A stretch of 64,000 nt of DNA from Eledone cirrhosa (GCA_964016885.1 OZ024749.1:44144001-44208000), one strand, 5' to 3'. Shown: positions 12,207 through 27,888, numbered from the stretch's first letter. Made by a program: numbers and translations. The notes: a model not told the origin generated them from the letters alone.

Positions 12207-15200
12207 ATGACAACAACAGTCACAACAACAACAACAGTCACAACAACAACAACAGTCATAACAACAACAGCCACAGCAATGACAACAGCAGCCATAACAA
12301 CAACAGTCACAACAACAACAGCCACAACAATGACAACAGCGGCCATAACAACAACAGTCACAACAACAACAGCCACAACAATGACAACAGCGGCCATAAC
12401 AACAACAGTCACAACAGCAACAGCCACAGCAATGACAACAGCAGCCATAACAACAACAGTCACAACAACAACAGCCACAACAATGACAACAGCAGCCATA
12501 ACAACAACAGTCACAACAACAACAGCCACAGCAATGACAACAGCAGCCATAACAACAACAGTCACAACAACAACAGTCATAACAACAACAGCCACAACAA
12601 TGACAACAGCAGCCATAACAACAACAGTCACAACAGCAGTCATAACAACAACAGCCACAGCAATGACAACAGCAGCCATAACAACAACAGTCACAACAAC
12701 AGTCATAACAACAACAGCCACAGCAATGACAACAGCAGCCATAACAACAACAGTCACAACAACAACAGCCACAACAATGACAACAGCAGCCATAACAACA
12801 ACAGTCACAACAACAACAGCCACAACAATGACAACAGCAGCCATAACAACAACAGTCACAACAACAACAGCCACAGCAATGACAACAGCAGCCATAACAA
12901 CAACAGTCACAACAACAACAGCCACAGCAATGACAACAGCAGCCATAACAACAACAGTCACAACAGCAACAGCCACAGCAATGACAACAGCAGCCATAAC
13001 AACAACAGTCACAACAACAACAGCCACAACAACAACAGCCACAACAATGACAACAGCAGCCATAACAACAACAGTCACAACAGCAACAGCCACAGCAATG
13101 ACAACAGCAGCCATAACAACAACAGTCACAACAACAACAGTCACAACAACAACAGCCACAACAATGACAACAGCAGCCATAACAACAACAGTCACAACAA
13201 CAACAGCCACAGCAATGACAACAGCAGCCATAACAACAACAGTCACAACAACAACAGCCACAGCAATGACAACAGCAGCCATAACAACAACAGTCACAAC
13301 AACAACAGCCACAGCAATGACAACAGCAGCCATAACAACAACAGTCACAACAACAACAGCCACAACAATGACAACAGCAGCCATAACAACAACAGTTACA
13401 ACAACAACAGCCACAGCAATGACAACAGCAGCCATAACAACAACAGTCACAACAACAACAGCCACAACAATGACAACAGCAGCCATAACAACAACAGTTA
13501 CAACAACAACAGCCACAACAATGACAACAGCAGCCATAACAACAACAGTCACAACAACAACAGCCACAACAATGACAACAGCAGCCATAACAACAACAGT
13601 CACAACAACAACAGCCACAACAATGACAACAGCAGCCATAACAACAACAGTTACAACAACAACAGCCACAACAATGACAACAGCAGCCATAACAACAACA
13701 GTCACAACAACAACAGCCACAACAATGACAACAGCAGCCATAACAACAACAGTTACAACAACAACAGCCACAACAATGACAACAGCAGCCATAACAACAA
13801 CAGTCACAACAACAACAGCCACAACAATGACAACAGCAGCCATAACAACAACAGTCACAACAACAACAGCCACAACAATGACAACAGCAGCCATAACAAC
13901 AACAGTTACAACAACAACAGCCACAACAATGACAACAGCAGCCATAACAACAACAGTCACAACAACAACAGCCACAACAATGACAACAGCAGCCATAACA
14001 ACAACAGTCACAACAACAACAGCCACAACAATGACAACAGCAGCCATAACAACAACAGTTACAACAACAACAGCCACAACAATGACAACAGCAGCCATAA
14101 CAACAACAGTCACAACAACAACAGCCACAACAATGACAACAGCAGCCATAACAACAACAGTTACAACAACAACAGCCACAACAATGACAACAGCAGCCAT
14201 AACAACAACAGTCACAACAACAACAGCCACAACAATGACAACAGCAGCCATAACAACAACAGTTACAACAACAACAGCCACAACAATGACAACAGCAGCC
14301 ATAACAACAACAGTCACAACAACAACAGCCACAACAATGACAACAGCAGCCATAACAACAACAGTCACAACAACAACAGCCACAACAATGACAACAGCAG
14401 CCATAACAACAACAGTTACAACAACAACAGCCACAACAATGACAACAGCAGCCATAACAACAACAGTCACAACAACAACAGCCACAACAATGACAACAGC
14501 AGCCATAACAACAACAGTCACAACAACAACAGCCACAACAATGACAACAGCAGCCATAACAACAACAGTTACAACAACAACAGCCACAACAATGACAACA
14601 GCAGCCATAACAACAACAGTCACAACAACAACAGCCACAACAATGACAACAGCAGCCATAACAACAACAGTTACAACAACAACAGCCACAACAATGACAA
14701 CAGCAGCCATAACAACAACAGTCACAACAACAACAGCCACAACAATGACAACAGCAGCCATAACAACAACAGTTACAACAACAACAGCCACAACAATGAC
14801 AACAGCAGCCATAACAACAACAGTCACAACAACAACAGCCACAACAATGACAACAGCAGCCATAACAACAACAGTCACAACAACAACAGCCACAACAATG
14901 ACAACAGCAGCCATAACAACAACAGTCACAACAACAACAGCCACAACAATGACAACAGCAGCCATAACAACAACAGTCACAACAACAACAGCCACAGCAA
15001 TGACAACAGCAGCCATAACAACAACAGTCACAACAACAACAGCCACAACAATGACAACAGCAGCCATAACAACAACAGTCACAACAACAACAGCCACAAC
15101 AATGACAACAGCAGCCATAACAACAACAGTTACAACAACAACAGCCACAACAATGACAACAGCAGCCATAACAACAACAGTCACAACAACAACAGCCACA

Positions 15201-16560
15201 GCAATGACAACAGCAGCCATAACAACAACAGTCACAACAACAACAGCCACAGCAATGACAACAGCAGCCATAACAACAACAGTTACAACAACAACAGTCA
15301 TAACAATGACAACAGCAGCCATAACAACAACAGTCACAACAACAACAGCCACAGCAATGACAACAGCAGCCATAACAACAACAGTTACAACAACAACAGT
15401 CACAACAACAACAGCCACAACAATGACAACAGCAGCCATAACAACAACAGTCACAACAACAACAGCCACAACAATGACAACAGCAGCCATAACAACAACA
15501 GTCACAACAACAACAGCCACAGCAATGACAACAGCAGCCATAACAACAACAGTCACAACAACAACAGCCACAACAATGACAACAGCAGCCATAACAACAA
15601 CAGTCACAACAACAACAGCCACAACAATGACAACAGCAGCCATAACAACAACAGTCACAACAACAACAGCCACAGCAATGACAACAGCGGCCATAACAAC
15701 AACAGTCACAACAACAACAACAGCCACAGCAATGACAACAGCAGCCATAACAACAACAGTCACAACAACAACAGCCACAACAATGACAACAGCAGCCATA
15801 ACAACAACAGTCACAACAACAACAGCCACAACAATGACAACAGCAGCCATAACAACAACAGTTACAACAACAACAGCCACAACAATGACAACAGCAGCCA
15901 TAACAACAACAGTCACAACAACAACAGCCACAGCAATGACAACAGCGGCCATAACAACAACAGTCACAACAACAACAGCCACAGCAATGACAACAGCAGC
16001 CATAACAACAACAGTCACAACAACAACAGCCACAACAATGACAACAGCAGCCATAACAACAACAGTCACAACAACAACAGCCACAACAATGACAACAGCA
16101 GCCATAACAACAACAGTTACAACAACAACAGCCACAGCAATGACAACAGCAGCCATAACAACAACAGTCACAACAACAACAGCCACAACAATGACAACAG
16201 CAGCCATAACAACAACAGTCACAACAGCAACAGCCACAGCAATGACAACAGCAGCCATAACAACAACAGTCACAACAACAACAGCCACAACAATGACAAC
16301 AGCAGCCATAACAACAACAGTCACAACAACAACAGCCACAACAATGACAACAGCAGCCATAACAACAACAGTCACAACAACAACAGCCACAACAATGACA
16401 ACAGCAGCCATAACAACAACAGTCACAACAGCAACAGCCACAACAATGACAACAACAGCCATAACAACAACAGTCACAACAACAACAGTCATAACAACAA
16501 CAGCCACAGCAATGACAACAACAGCCATGACAACAGTCACAACAACAACAGTCACAACAA
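12207..16560. repeat. 51-bp minisatellite, about 85 copies
   Basis: Unit atgacaacagcagccataacaacaacagtcacaacaacaacagccacaaca. Confidence 0.95.
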
Positions 16561-16822
16561 TGACAACAACAACAACAACAATAGAAACTATAACAATGAC
16601 AGCAACAATAACAGCAGTATCAATAACAATAACAACGACAATAGCAGCACAACAATGGCAATCTAACAAAGAGAACAACAACAACACCAACAACATCATC
16701 AACCATAACAAACACAGCAACACAACCACAGCTTCTTTAATGGCGGCTGTAGGAACCTCACAACAGATCTTAATATAAAATACCAGGTCCACACACACAG
16801 ATATGCATACACACGCACACGC

Positions 16823-16937
<115 letters not shown>

Positions 16938-16998
16938 TGCATACATATATATTATTTGAAATTACAGAGAAATATATATATATATGTATGTATATATG

Positions 16999-17084
<86 letters not shown>

Positions 17085-17156
17085 GATGTATTCGTTTGTT
17101 TCCAGCCACCCATCCACACACATATACATACATACATACGCACATTATATATATAT

Positions 17157-17288
<132 letters not shown>

Positions 17289-17917
17289 AACAGAAGATAA
17301 CGGTGTAGTAGATTTCGACTTCTTTTCAACATTGTCCTTTCTTTCGCTTTGTTATTACGTTTTTTTTTGTTTCTACTGTACGCCATCTTGAAATGAAAGA
17401 AAAGGCTTTTGGTTTGGCGAACACAATGATTCAACAAAAGACGAACAGCGTGCTGAAGAGAGAAATGCCCAGCTTGCCAACAACGTGTCTTCTTAGAGGC
17501 TATTTTGTTAAGCTTCACAATCAATTTGAGGATCATATACACGTATATAGATAGATACATACGTGTATAGATAACGTTCGTAATATTACTGAGATAAGTT
17601 CGTATATAATACGGATACGTACGTATGAACTAATGAATATACCGATATTTCTATGAATGTATGTATGTATGTATGTATGCATGTATGTATGTATGTATGT
17701 ATGTATGTATGTATGTATGTATGTATGTATGTATGTATGTATGTATGTATGTATGTATGGATGGATGGATGGATGTAGGTAGGTATGTATGTATGTATGT
17801 ATGTATGTATGTATGTATGTATGTATGTATGTATGTATGGATGGATGGATGTATGTATGTATGGATGGATGTATGTATGTATGCATGTATGGATGTATGT
17901 ATGTAGGTATGTGTGTG

Positions 17918-17949
<32 letters not shown>

Positions 17950-18450
17950 TGTATGTATGTATGTATGTATGTATGCATGTATGCATGTATGTATGTATGT
18001 ATGTATGTAAGTAGGTATGTGTGTGTATATGTATGTATGTATGTGTGTATATATATATATATGTGTGTATATATGTATATGTATGTGTGTATATATATTT
18101 CTTTTTTTTTTTATTTTCGTTTTTATTTATTTATTAATATATATATATATATTTTTTTTCTCCTCGTGCAATGGCCATACTCGATAACGAGGGGGCAGCC
18201 ATCATCATGTATGTATGTATGTATGTATGTATGTATGTATGTATGTATGTATGTATGTAGGTAGGTATGTGTGTGTGTGTGTATGCATGTCTGTATGTAT
18301 GTATGCATGTAGGTATATATGTATGTATGTAGGTAGATATGTATGTATTTATGTATGTATGTATGTCTGTATGTCTGTCTGTCTGTATATATGTTTCTAA
18401 GTAGGTAGGTATGTGTTTGTAGTATGTATGTATGTATGTATGTATGTTAT

Positions 18451-18923
18451 GTTTTCTCTTTCTCTTAATTTCGAGTATATTTTTTTGACCGGCCACCTTC
18501 CTGGTGGCAAGGTTGTAAAAGAAAAGAAATTGTCATCCCTTGAATCGCAAGAATGTTTTGCATATTTTGAAGGTGCCAGCTATCGCAGCCATTTGTAGAC
18601 TATGAATTAGGGAGCTGCGCTTTTTGTCCGCAAATCCAAGTTCGGTCATACTTTGGTCCAAGCGGGTTGGTATATAACCCGTAGCACCAATAATGATGGG
18701 TATGAAGCTAAAGGTGTATCTTGGATACTGGATTTGTAAGCTCCTCATCAATGGTCCGTAGATATCCTCCTTCTCCTGTATTTTTCTGACAACGTTTACA
18801 TCAAGTGGGCAGCTGATCTCCACAACAGAACACGTTTTCAATGTGTGGTCCCAAACTACAATATCAGGCCGGTTGTGCTTTAATTTGGTGGCAGTTTTTA
18901 TTTTCAGGTTCCACCAGTATTCC
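18451..18923 (-). mobile_element. 5'-truncated R4/Dong-like non-LTR retrotransposon: restriction-like endonuclease domain plus 3' UTR
   Basis: Open frame EYWWNLKIKTATKLKHNRPDIVVWDHTLKTCSVVEISCPLDVNVVRKIQEKEDIY...IPIIIGATG...FKG* with RPD..E..K..Y motifs; (TATG)n on both sides. Confidence 0.85.
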
Positions 18924-19059
18924 TATGTATGTATGTATGTATGTATGTATGTATGTATGTATGTATGTATGTATGTATGTATGTATGTATGTATGTATGT
19001 GTGTATGTATGTATGTATGTATGTATGTATGTATGTATGTATGTATGTATGTAGCTATA

Positions 19060-19963
19060 TTTAGATGGCCGTTGACTCTGCTGAGTTCCTCCGTCCTTTG
19101 CCGGGTCTTGTATTTCATCCTGCAGGGGGTGTTTTTTCACCTGGGAGTGAAAGGCCCCCAGTTGTTGTCACAGCACCTTTCTAGGGGAGGGGAGTGAAAG
19201 GCCCCCAGTTGTTGTCACAACACCTTTCTAGGGGAGGGGAGTGAGAGGCCCCCAGTTGTTGTCACAACACCTTTCTAGGGGAGGGGAGTGAGAGGCCCCC
19301 AGTTGTTGTCACAACACCTTTCTAGGAGAGAGGAGTGAGAGGCCCCCAGTTGTTGTCACAACACCTTTCTAGGGGAGGGGAGTGAGAGGCCCCCAGTTGT
19401 TGTCACAACACCTTTCTAGGAGAGAGGAGTGAGAGGCCCCCAGTTGTTGTCACAACACCTTTCTAGGGGAGGGGAGTGAGAGGCCCCCAGTTGTTGTCAC
19501 AGCACCTTTCTAGGGGAGGGGAGTGAGAGGCCCCCAGTTGTTGTCACAACACCTTTCTAGGGGAGGGGAGTGAGAGGCCCCCAGTTGTTGTCACAGCACC
19601 TTTCTAGGGGAGGGGAGTGAGAGGCCCCCAGTTGTTGTCACAACACCTTTCTAGGGGAGGGGAGTGAGAGGCCCCCAGTTGTTGTCACAACACCTTTCTA
19701 GGGGAGGGAATCTCTGAAAAAACCCCCAAACCTGCTGCTTCGGAAGCATCCGATGATGTTGACTAGTTCTCCTTTTGGGGTAGTGTTATCGATGCTCAGA
19801 GAGTGGGATTGGTCAAGTGCAAGGCCTTTCTCCACTTAAAAAACCTTCAAAGCACAGGCATTGTTTGTTACGAGTTCGTGTGACTGCCCGTAGCCTAAAA
19901 GTGCAACGAACTCTGTAATCTGACAAGCGATTGCAATACTCTTAGCAGAGTTTGCAGCCATCA
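19060..19963 (+). mobile_element. RTE-derived non-autonomous element with inverted 5' segment and internal tandem amplification
   Basis: Collinear similarity with 32882-33490; segment 19060-19135 is inverted. Confidence 0.7.
19145..19708. repeat. 47-bp tandem repeat, 12 copies
   Basis: Unit gagtgagaggcccccagttgttgtcacaacacctttctaggggaggg; starts at 19145, 19192, 19239 and so on. Confidence 0.95.
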
Positions 19964-20011
19964 TGTAGGTATATATGTAGGTAGATAGATTATACGCTGG
20001 TATTAATAGAT

Positions 20012-20150
20012 ATATTTCTTTATTTGCCACAATGACGCACAAGAAAAGGGGACAATTCAAGAACATATGCCGGGGATTTTACATACAATCGTGTAAAAAA
20101 AATTTTTGACAAACAAATTCAACAATCGAAATCCCCAATAGGGGGGAGGC
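20012..20150 (-). mobile_element. L1/Tx1-like 3' UTR fragment
   Basis: Minus strand ends gtggcaaataaagaaata followed by tcta, as at 26040. Confidence 0.55.
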
Positions 20151-20675
20151 GTTACAAATGGGTTGTTTTATACCCTCAACTCCAGGAGCATGTTGTGCAA
20201 GCGTATTTGTTGAATATTTTTGCTTCCTACGCCCGATTGTCTTTCTTCTTTCTTTGCCTGAATCTTGGATATTGTACAGTTATATATATATAACATATTC
20301 TATATACACATATTCATTCATACATATATACATTGATACGAATATACGTATATGTTCATCTTACCCACACGAAACCATTTCCCTCGCTGTTTAACGAAAG
20401 TGCCCACTCTGGCCAGCTGGGTTCGACTTTTAATAGTACGAACTTAGTTTCCCATAGAGTGAATGAGGAAACACCCGAAGCTATGTCCGCTCTATTCGAC
20501 TAGTTACGTCTCCTAATTATATATATATATGCAAAAGTTCTATTTAAAATTGTTGGGATACAACAAGTAAATATTTTTATAACTGATATAAAGCACTCGA
20601 CAAGTATTTGGACTATCCAGATGGCTTCCAAAAATAATGGTTGCATTTTAAAAGGGTACGTCAAAGCTTATTTGT

Positions 20676-20796
20676 AAAACTGTTATATATTGTATTTTGT
20701 CTGATGAAGGCATACCATAATTTAATTTGGTATCCCTGAAATATGTATAATGAAATAAATATGGTTTTATAAATATAGTTTCCATTTATTAATATC

Positions 20797-20800
<4 letters not shown>
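20676..20800 (+). mobile_element. Penelope-like terminal repeat with hammerhead core (CTGATGA 20701, GAAA 20738); second copy 34191-34315
   Basis: Stem II AGGCATACCA/TGGTATCCCT; similar copy at 34191; ends in (TA)n. Confidence 0.6.
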
Positions 20801-20892
<92 letters not shown>

Positions 20893-21522
20893 TTGAAACA
20901 AGGGAAAAGAATGGCTTCACTTGTAGTTCTAAACTATTTAATTTTATAATATAATTTTAAAATTCGGTTTTGTAGATCTAGTAAGTTCTTTGTTAATATC
21001 GGTGGGGTTAACCAAGAATTTTTTGAAAACATTCCTGGTTAACTTTCCTGGAGAACTTTCTCGCATTCGTCGGTGCATACTTATTCAACCTTACATATAT
21101 ACATAAATATGAATATTTATATATATGCACACGTATGTACATATATACATAGATCCGAATATACATGTATGTATACACGCATGTATATATATATACATAT
21201 CTGTATACACATATTCATTCATACATATGTACATTCATACATATGTACATTCATACATATATATACATATCTGTATACACATATTCATATGTACATATGT
21301 ACATGGGTACTAATAAACACGTATGTATATATATATATATACATATATATACATATTTATATACACATATTCATTCATACATATATACATATATACATGG
21401 ATACTGATAAATATATATGTACACGTATGCACATATATATAGATATCTCTATACACGTAGACATTCTCACATATAGACAGATGTGCATATATCAATAACA
21501 TATGAATAGATATGCCTGATAT

Positions 21523-21632
<110 letters not shown>

Positions 21633-21751
21633 GTGTATAATACAAAGCTAGCGGGTAATTACTAGTCTTATCTGAATTTTGTTGAAACATGGATAGGTTG
21701 TTTAGTGACATGAACCTATAAAAAGGGGTAGATGGATAAAGAGAGAGAGAG

Positions 21752-21796
<45 letters not shown>

Positions 21797-21892
21797 GAGG
21801 GTGAAGGAAAGAGGGAGGGAGAGAGAAGGAGAGGGAGAGAACTAGGGAGAGATATAGAGAGAAAGAAACTTGTGCGTATAATAGACACATCT

Positions 21893-22017
<125 letters not shown>

Positions 22018-22019
22018 CG

Positions 22020-22088
<69 letters not shown>

Positions 22089-22099
22089 AGATGTGTATA

Positions 22100-22130
<31 letters not shown>

Positions 22131-22170
22131 AGATATATATATATACATAAGCATATATATACACACACAT

Positions 22171-22280
<110 letters not shown>

Positions 22281-22291
22281 ACATGTATATA

Positions 22292-22344
<53 letters not shown>

Positions 22345-22555
22345 GTACATACATGCAGGCATAAATATACATATACACATACATACTGAGCCAATCTTTT
22401 CATTTCTTTAATTTCCATAGATATAAAGATGTCGCACCGACAACCCGGTGTGGCGTTGTGTACTCTTTAAATATACCGCTTAGGTGAACAGAAATTGTAC
22501 TGCCTGGGTTATAAACCATACCCCTTACACACACACACACACACACACACACGCG

Positions 22556-22676
<121 letters not shown>

Positions 22677-22753
22677 ATTTATATTTATATATATTTATAT
22701 TCACACTCATAAACAGACACACATGTATATATGTATATATACATGCATATATA

Positions 22754-22859
<106 letters not shown>

Positions 22860-22942
22860 TACATATATATTTAAATATATGTATATATATATATGTGTGT
22901 GTAGGTGTGTGTGTGTATGAATATATATATATACCATATTTG

Positions 22943-22974
<32 letters not shown>

Positions 22975-22998
22975 TACACACATATACCTATATATGTC

Positions 22999-23046
<48 letters not shown>

Positions 23047-23349
23047 TACATGTGTGTGTACACACACACACATATATATATTTATACATATATATACATA
23101 TATATATATGAATATATATATAAATATATATATATACATGTGAGGGGCTGTGTGTCTCTTCTGACATTTCAGTGTATAAGTTTCAGTGTATAATGGCTGG
23201 AGAAAACAAAATGATTACATGCTGTTCTATAGGACAGTTGTGACGTCAGGGAAATAAAATGGCTACAATTTACTCGTATTCACCAAAAACCTAACAGCAT
23301 TGCCTTATAAAACCGTTTTACTTTAAAATATAAAATATAACCTGCTTCC

Positions 23350-23518
<169 letters not shown>

Positions 23519-23579
23519 TATATATGTCGATACATAATTATATTTACTTACATTTATGTATATATATATATATATATAA

Positions 23580-23674
<95 letters not shown>

Positions 23675-24097
23675 TATATATAAGTGTATTTAACGACGCG
23701 AAATACTTGAAGAAAATAGTAGATGAAGAAAATAGTAGATGAAAATGTTTAGATATTTGCTTGTATGCATATGTATGCGTGTATGTGTTTATATATGTCT
23801 CTGTGTGTCTCTGTGTATGTATAGATGTGTCTGTGTGTCTCTGTGTATGTATACATGTGTCTGTATGTCTGTGTCTTTGTGCAAGGCCTATGGAACTTAT
23901 GTATTCGCCTGAATGACTTTGTGTATTGTTACATACAATATCTCTCCATCTAGTAGTCTATGGAACTAGCCGGAAGTATACAACGGAGTGCCATAATATG
24001 ACATGGAACTATTCTCATGTTTTTGTATATTTATATGTATATCTATCTATATCTATATCTATTTTTAAACACACACACACACACAAATATATATATA

Positions 24098-24137
<40 letters not shown>

Positions 24138-24585
24138 CGTATATAATTACATATAAATATATACATATATACATATATATGTATACATATATACATATAT
24201 ATGTATATATACATATCTATGAATATGTATATGTGTATATGCAGATATATAAGTATATGTATATATATATATATATATAAATACATACACATTCACTCAA
24301 ACATTTATGTATATATATATATGTATATATAGTGTTGACTTACCTGATAAGAAAACTATATTTATTAAATATTTCTGCTAACAAATCTTTTTCATTCCAT
24401 ACGATATGTCAATGATACAAATGCACACACACAAATACATTCTCATACACACGCACACATACACAAACACATTCTCAAACACTCACACATACACAAACGC
24501 ACACACTAAACCAATTCTCACACACAAACATTATATAGATGTAAATATATGATTACACATTTGATATTATAGCTTTACATATTTA

Positions 24586-24630
<45 letters not shown>

Positions 24631-24702
24631 TTCAAAAGAAATCATGATGATGATATATACATATATATACACACACACACCCACACACGCACACACACAC
24701 AG

Positions 24703-24795
<93 letters not shown>

Positions 24796-24912
24796 CATAT
24801 ATATATACATATATATATATATAACTATAAATATCCATATATATATACCTATAAATATCCATATATATATATATATATTATATCCATATATATATATCCA
24901 TATATATATATA

Positions 24913-25009
<97 letters not shown>

Positions 25010-25060
25010 ATATAAATATATGGATATATATATATATATTTATGTATATATTTATGTATG

Positions 25061-25110
<50 letters not shown>

Positions 25111-25152
25111 TATACATACATATATATATATATATATACATATGTATATATG

Positions 25153-25253
<101 letters not shown>

Positions 25254-25285
25254 GTATATATATATACACATATACATATATGTAT

Positions 25286-25318
<33 letters not shown>

Positions 25319-25638
25319 CACATATATATATATGAATGACTTTCGTGATATTTGGTATGCTTTAATAATCCAATGTTTTATAAAGACATAATTTTGTTAT
25401 TACTTCTTGTAAGTCCTTCTTAAGTACTATAGTAAGACTATATAAGGCGTTTATAGGATCCATATAATATTATAAGGCGTAAATGAGATCTTTATTTGAT
25501 TATCGTAGTATAGTAACAAAGTTGTAAATGCAAAAAAAAACAAAACTGTTTGACAAAAAGCCAATCAATTCTGTTTGCCTCCTTCGATACTTTTTTGAGT
25601 AAAAACTATGTTTCTATCTATCTACATATCTATCTATC

Positions 25639-26040
25639 GATAAACTTTCTCTCCGGCCAACACCTGGTTTACTTCTTCCGATACCACTTCGGAAGAAGGA
25701 TCAGGATGGAGAGAGAAGTGCTTGGCCCCAGACAGTTTTATGAAAGGTGGGTGAAAGAAGCGAGAATGGCTCGTGTAAATGGGCCTTCTCTCTACATTGT
25801 TCTGTAGGTGAAGAAGTGAAGAGGAAAGGGGGAGCGCCTCCTCTCTGGGCTTCCCCCGCGAAAAGGGTTGCACACTTTTCGGGGGTATGTGCAATCCCCA
25901 ACACGCCCCCTCCCTTTTGAGGACTTTTTATTATTATATTATTCTTATTGTTATGCCTTTTTCTTTACTCGCATTTATGTAAACTCCCCCACTGTGTATT
26001 TGTCCCTTTCTCTTGTGCCCTAGTGGCAAATAAAGAAATA
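25639..26040 (+). mobile_element. 5'-truncated L1/Tx1-like LINE 3' end (ORF2 C-terminus plus 3' UTR)
   Basis: LSGQHLVYFFRYHFGRRIRMEREVLGPRQFYERWVKEARMARV...* with the F...W terminal motif; AATAAA tail; ATCT repeats on both sides. Confidence 0.65.
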
Positions 26041-26062
26041 TATCTATCCATAATCTAATTTA

Positions 26063-26242
26063 ATTGTTTCTACTTTTTGGCACAAGGCCAGCCATTATCC
26101 CAGTGTATTACTGGTACTTTATTTTATCGACCCCGTAAGGATGAAAGGCAAAGTTAACCTCGGCGGGATTTGAACTCAGTCCGTAAAGGGACGTAACTGT
26201 GCTGCAAAGTATGGCGTCCGACCCTCTACCGTTACTGCCAAT
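26063..26242 (-). mobile_element. MetaSINE-like SINE
   Basis: Near-full reverse-complement match to 29372-29557. Confidence 0.85.
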
Positions 26243-26546
26243 AATGAAATCTATGCTAGCTCTTAATCCACTTACAAAAGCAACAACAGCAACAACAGCA
26301 ACAAGAACCACTACAATAACAGTAAGAAGAAAAAAAAAACTGCAACAACAAGCAACACAGATTTACATATAAAAGACCAAAAACAAAACACTCGTATTGT
26401 ATAAGAAACGGTCTCTTTTCTCCTTCCCCCTCCCCCTCTTATGCTTTATGCCCTCCCTTTGGTATTCAACCCTGTTTTCTTTCACTTTAAATCCATACTT
26501 GTCCTTCCCAATCCACGTATTAATGAGCATAATGGAGCCTGCACAA

Positions 26547-26617
<71 letters not shown>

Positions 26618-26751
26618 TATATATATATATATACACACAATGCACAAATAAACCATATGCACACATACATACACATAGACTCAAAAGAATGCACACACAA
26701 GCATATAAATGACATATGGGTATATGTAAAAGGAATGTATATATATATATC

Positions 26752-26803
<52 letters not shown>

Positions 26804-26859
26804 TGAATATATATAAATACATATATGTATATTTGTATATATATATGTATATATATGTA

Positions 26860-26900
<41 letters not shown>

Positions 26901-26907
26901 TATATGT

Positions 26908-26987
<80 letters not shown>

Positions 26988-27390
26988 AAATAAATACACA
27001 ATAATTTTCTTTTATTTGCCTCAGAAGGCGAGATTCTTTTAATTTTAACCCATTCAAACGTTGTCTGTCTGTCTGTCTCCCCCTCTCTCTATCACTTCAC
27101 ACCCTCTCCTTTCCCCTCTCCCCTCCACTACTATTACCCCACACCCCTATCTATAGTCTTTGTACACATGTGGACTCTACATCTATTTTTATTTCTCTTC
27201 ATTTCTTTCTTTCTTTTATTTCTATCTCTCTTTCTTTCTTTCCTTCTTTCTTTTTTCTTTTTTTGGTTTTCTTTCTTTCTTTCTTTCCCTCTGCCTCTCT
27301 ATCTTTCTTTCTTTCTTTCTTTTTTCTTTTTCTTTTTCTTTCTTTTTTCTTTCTATCTATCTATCTATCTGTCTTTCTTTAACCTTTCCT

Positions 27391-27469
<79 letters not shown>

Positions 27470-27486
27470 ACACACACACACACACA

Positions 27487-27533
<47 letters not shown>

Positions 27534-27688
27534 TTACTTCAATATTTTTCTCGCCTTCACATTTAGCTTTTCCTTTCTTTCAAATTTTCTTTCTAAATGA
27601 AAAAAAAAAAAATCTAAAAAAAAGGAAAAAAAAAAAAAATTCTTCCTCTATTGTGTTGTTGTTGTTGTCATTGTTCGAGTTATTTCAT

Positions 27689-27727
<39 letters not shown>

Positions 27728-27732
<5 letters not shown>

Positions 27733-27888
27733 CGTGTGTATATGTGTGGTGGGTAAGTGGGTGTCTATGTATGTAAAAATATATATATATATGTATATAT
27801 ACATATATATATCATATGTAAATATATATATATATATATTTACATACGTAGACACCCACTTACCCACCACACATATACACACGTATGT
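27728..27888. repeat. ~50-bp inverted repeat
   Basis: acatacgtgtgtatatgtgtggtgggtaagtgggtgtct and its reverse complement at 27839-27888. Confidence 0.8.

Noticed and set aside
19145-19708. CRISPR-like regular array
   Set aside because: Units are contiguous with no unique spacers; eukaryotic context; derived from a retroelement segment
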